64,000 nt of DNA from Octopus vulgaris. Its lineage: Eukaryota. The notes below the pieces were generated by a model that saw only the letters and a list, made by a program, of their open reading frames with translations, was not told the DNA's origin and ran no database searches. This document shows positions 63,261 to 64,000 of the stretch, one piece after another. The stretch lies in assembly GCA_951406725.2 (NCBI GenBank), contig OX597815.1, positions 58,962,001 through 59,026,000 of the forward strand, given 5' to 3'. Position numbers and translations under genes: made by a program. The stretch's first letter is position 1. Each line of letters begins with the position of its first letter.

Positions 63261-64000
63261 TATATATGTACATACCTACATCTATATGTATATATATATG
63301 CATATATGAGTACAGGACACCACAAATAAACGTAGAACACTGTGAGAAACGAAAACATAAAATCAAACAAGGAAACAGACTTTTTTTAACAACGAAAAAA
63401 CAGACTACAAGACAAACAATACAAGGAAAATTCCCCTTCATCAGCTGCCCCTGTTTCGACTCAATGCGTGTTTCGAAGGTAAGGGCAGAACACGATCCAG
63501 CCAAAGCAGTCCTTCCTGCAAAATGAATTAAATTAAATTCTTTTGCAGAGGGCTAAAACAAGTAACAAGAACAGGACATAAAAGCAATACAAATGAAGAA
63601 AAAACAGTAGAAATGAAGAATAACAGGACAAGGAAACCAATAATAAGGGGTTTTTTTTAAGCCTAGACGGTGGAAAAATTCGTTAGAACACATTCTGAAG
63701 ACAGAAGACAGCCGATGTTGACTGGTTGAAAGCTGAGGGCAGAAAGAAAGTTAGTAGTCCGGTCAGAGACGAGAGAGGAGGAGGAGTGAGAGAGAGAGAG
63801 AGGAAAAGAAACCAGAAAGGGTGAAAAATAAGAAGGAGAGAGACAGGTAGAGAGGAAGACAGACAGGCAGGGAGGAAAGGTCAAGTAAAGAGTTAAGAGT
63901 GCACGTCATAATTATTCAAATAAAAACTTACTTGGAGAAGATATATATATATATATATATAATTAATCAATATAGGGTGGCAAAAAAAAATTTTGTAGAA

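Noticed and set aside
63425-63485. Minus-strand permuted hammerhead (GAAA..CTGATGAagggg)
   Set aside because: Both core words occur, but I could not build convincing stems I and III.
37787-64000. Third SH3BP2-like exon containing the PH-domain Trp
   Set aside because: Candidate acceptors (~37904, ~49601, ~49974, ~50363) gave no convincing continuation. The exon probably lies outside the window or was missed.

Overview
AT-rich animal genomic DNA with no prokaryotic features. The repeat families resemble those of octopus/coleoid cephalopods; this is recognition from memory, not a database result. Only two host coding exons are supported: 12452-12554 and 37678-37786 (+). They splice in frame across a 25.1-kb intron into a PH domain resembling SH3BP2 (3BP2), so most or all of the window is probably intron. 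The rest is a nested set of decayed mobile elements: three RTE-type LINE families, many R4/Dong-like RLE LINE fragments, a CR1/L2-type LINE, four Penelope-like elements with CxCx5C/GIY-YIG (Naiad-like), mariner, Tc1, hAT, a Helitron, tRNA-derived SINEs and microsatellites. The best candidate for an undescribed system is a tRNA-headed SINE carrying a minimal hammerhead ribozyme, present as an inverted dimer inside one 13-bp TSD (6833-7369). Four more hammerhead motifs, a ~530-bp element found mostly in ATT tracts, and several locally templated insertions are also notable. Boundaries of decayed elements are approximate, and all alignments were done by eye.
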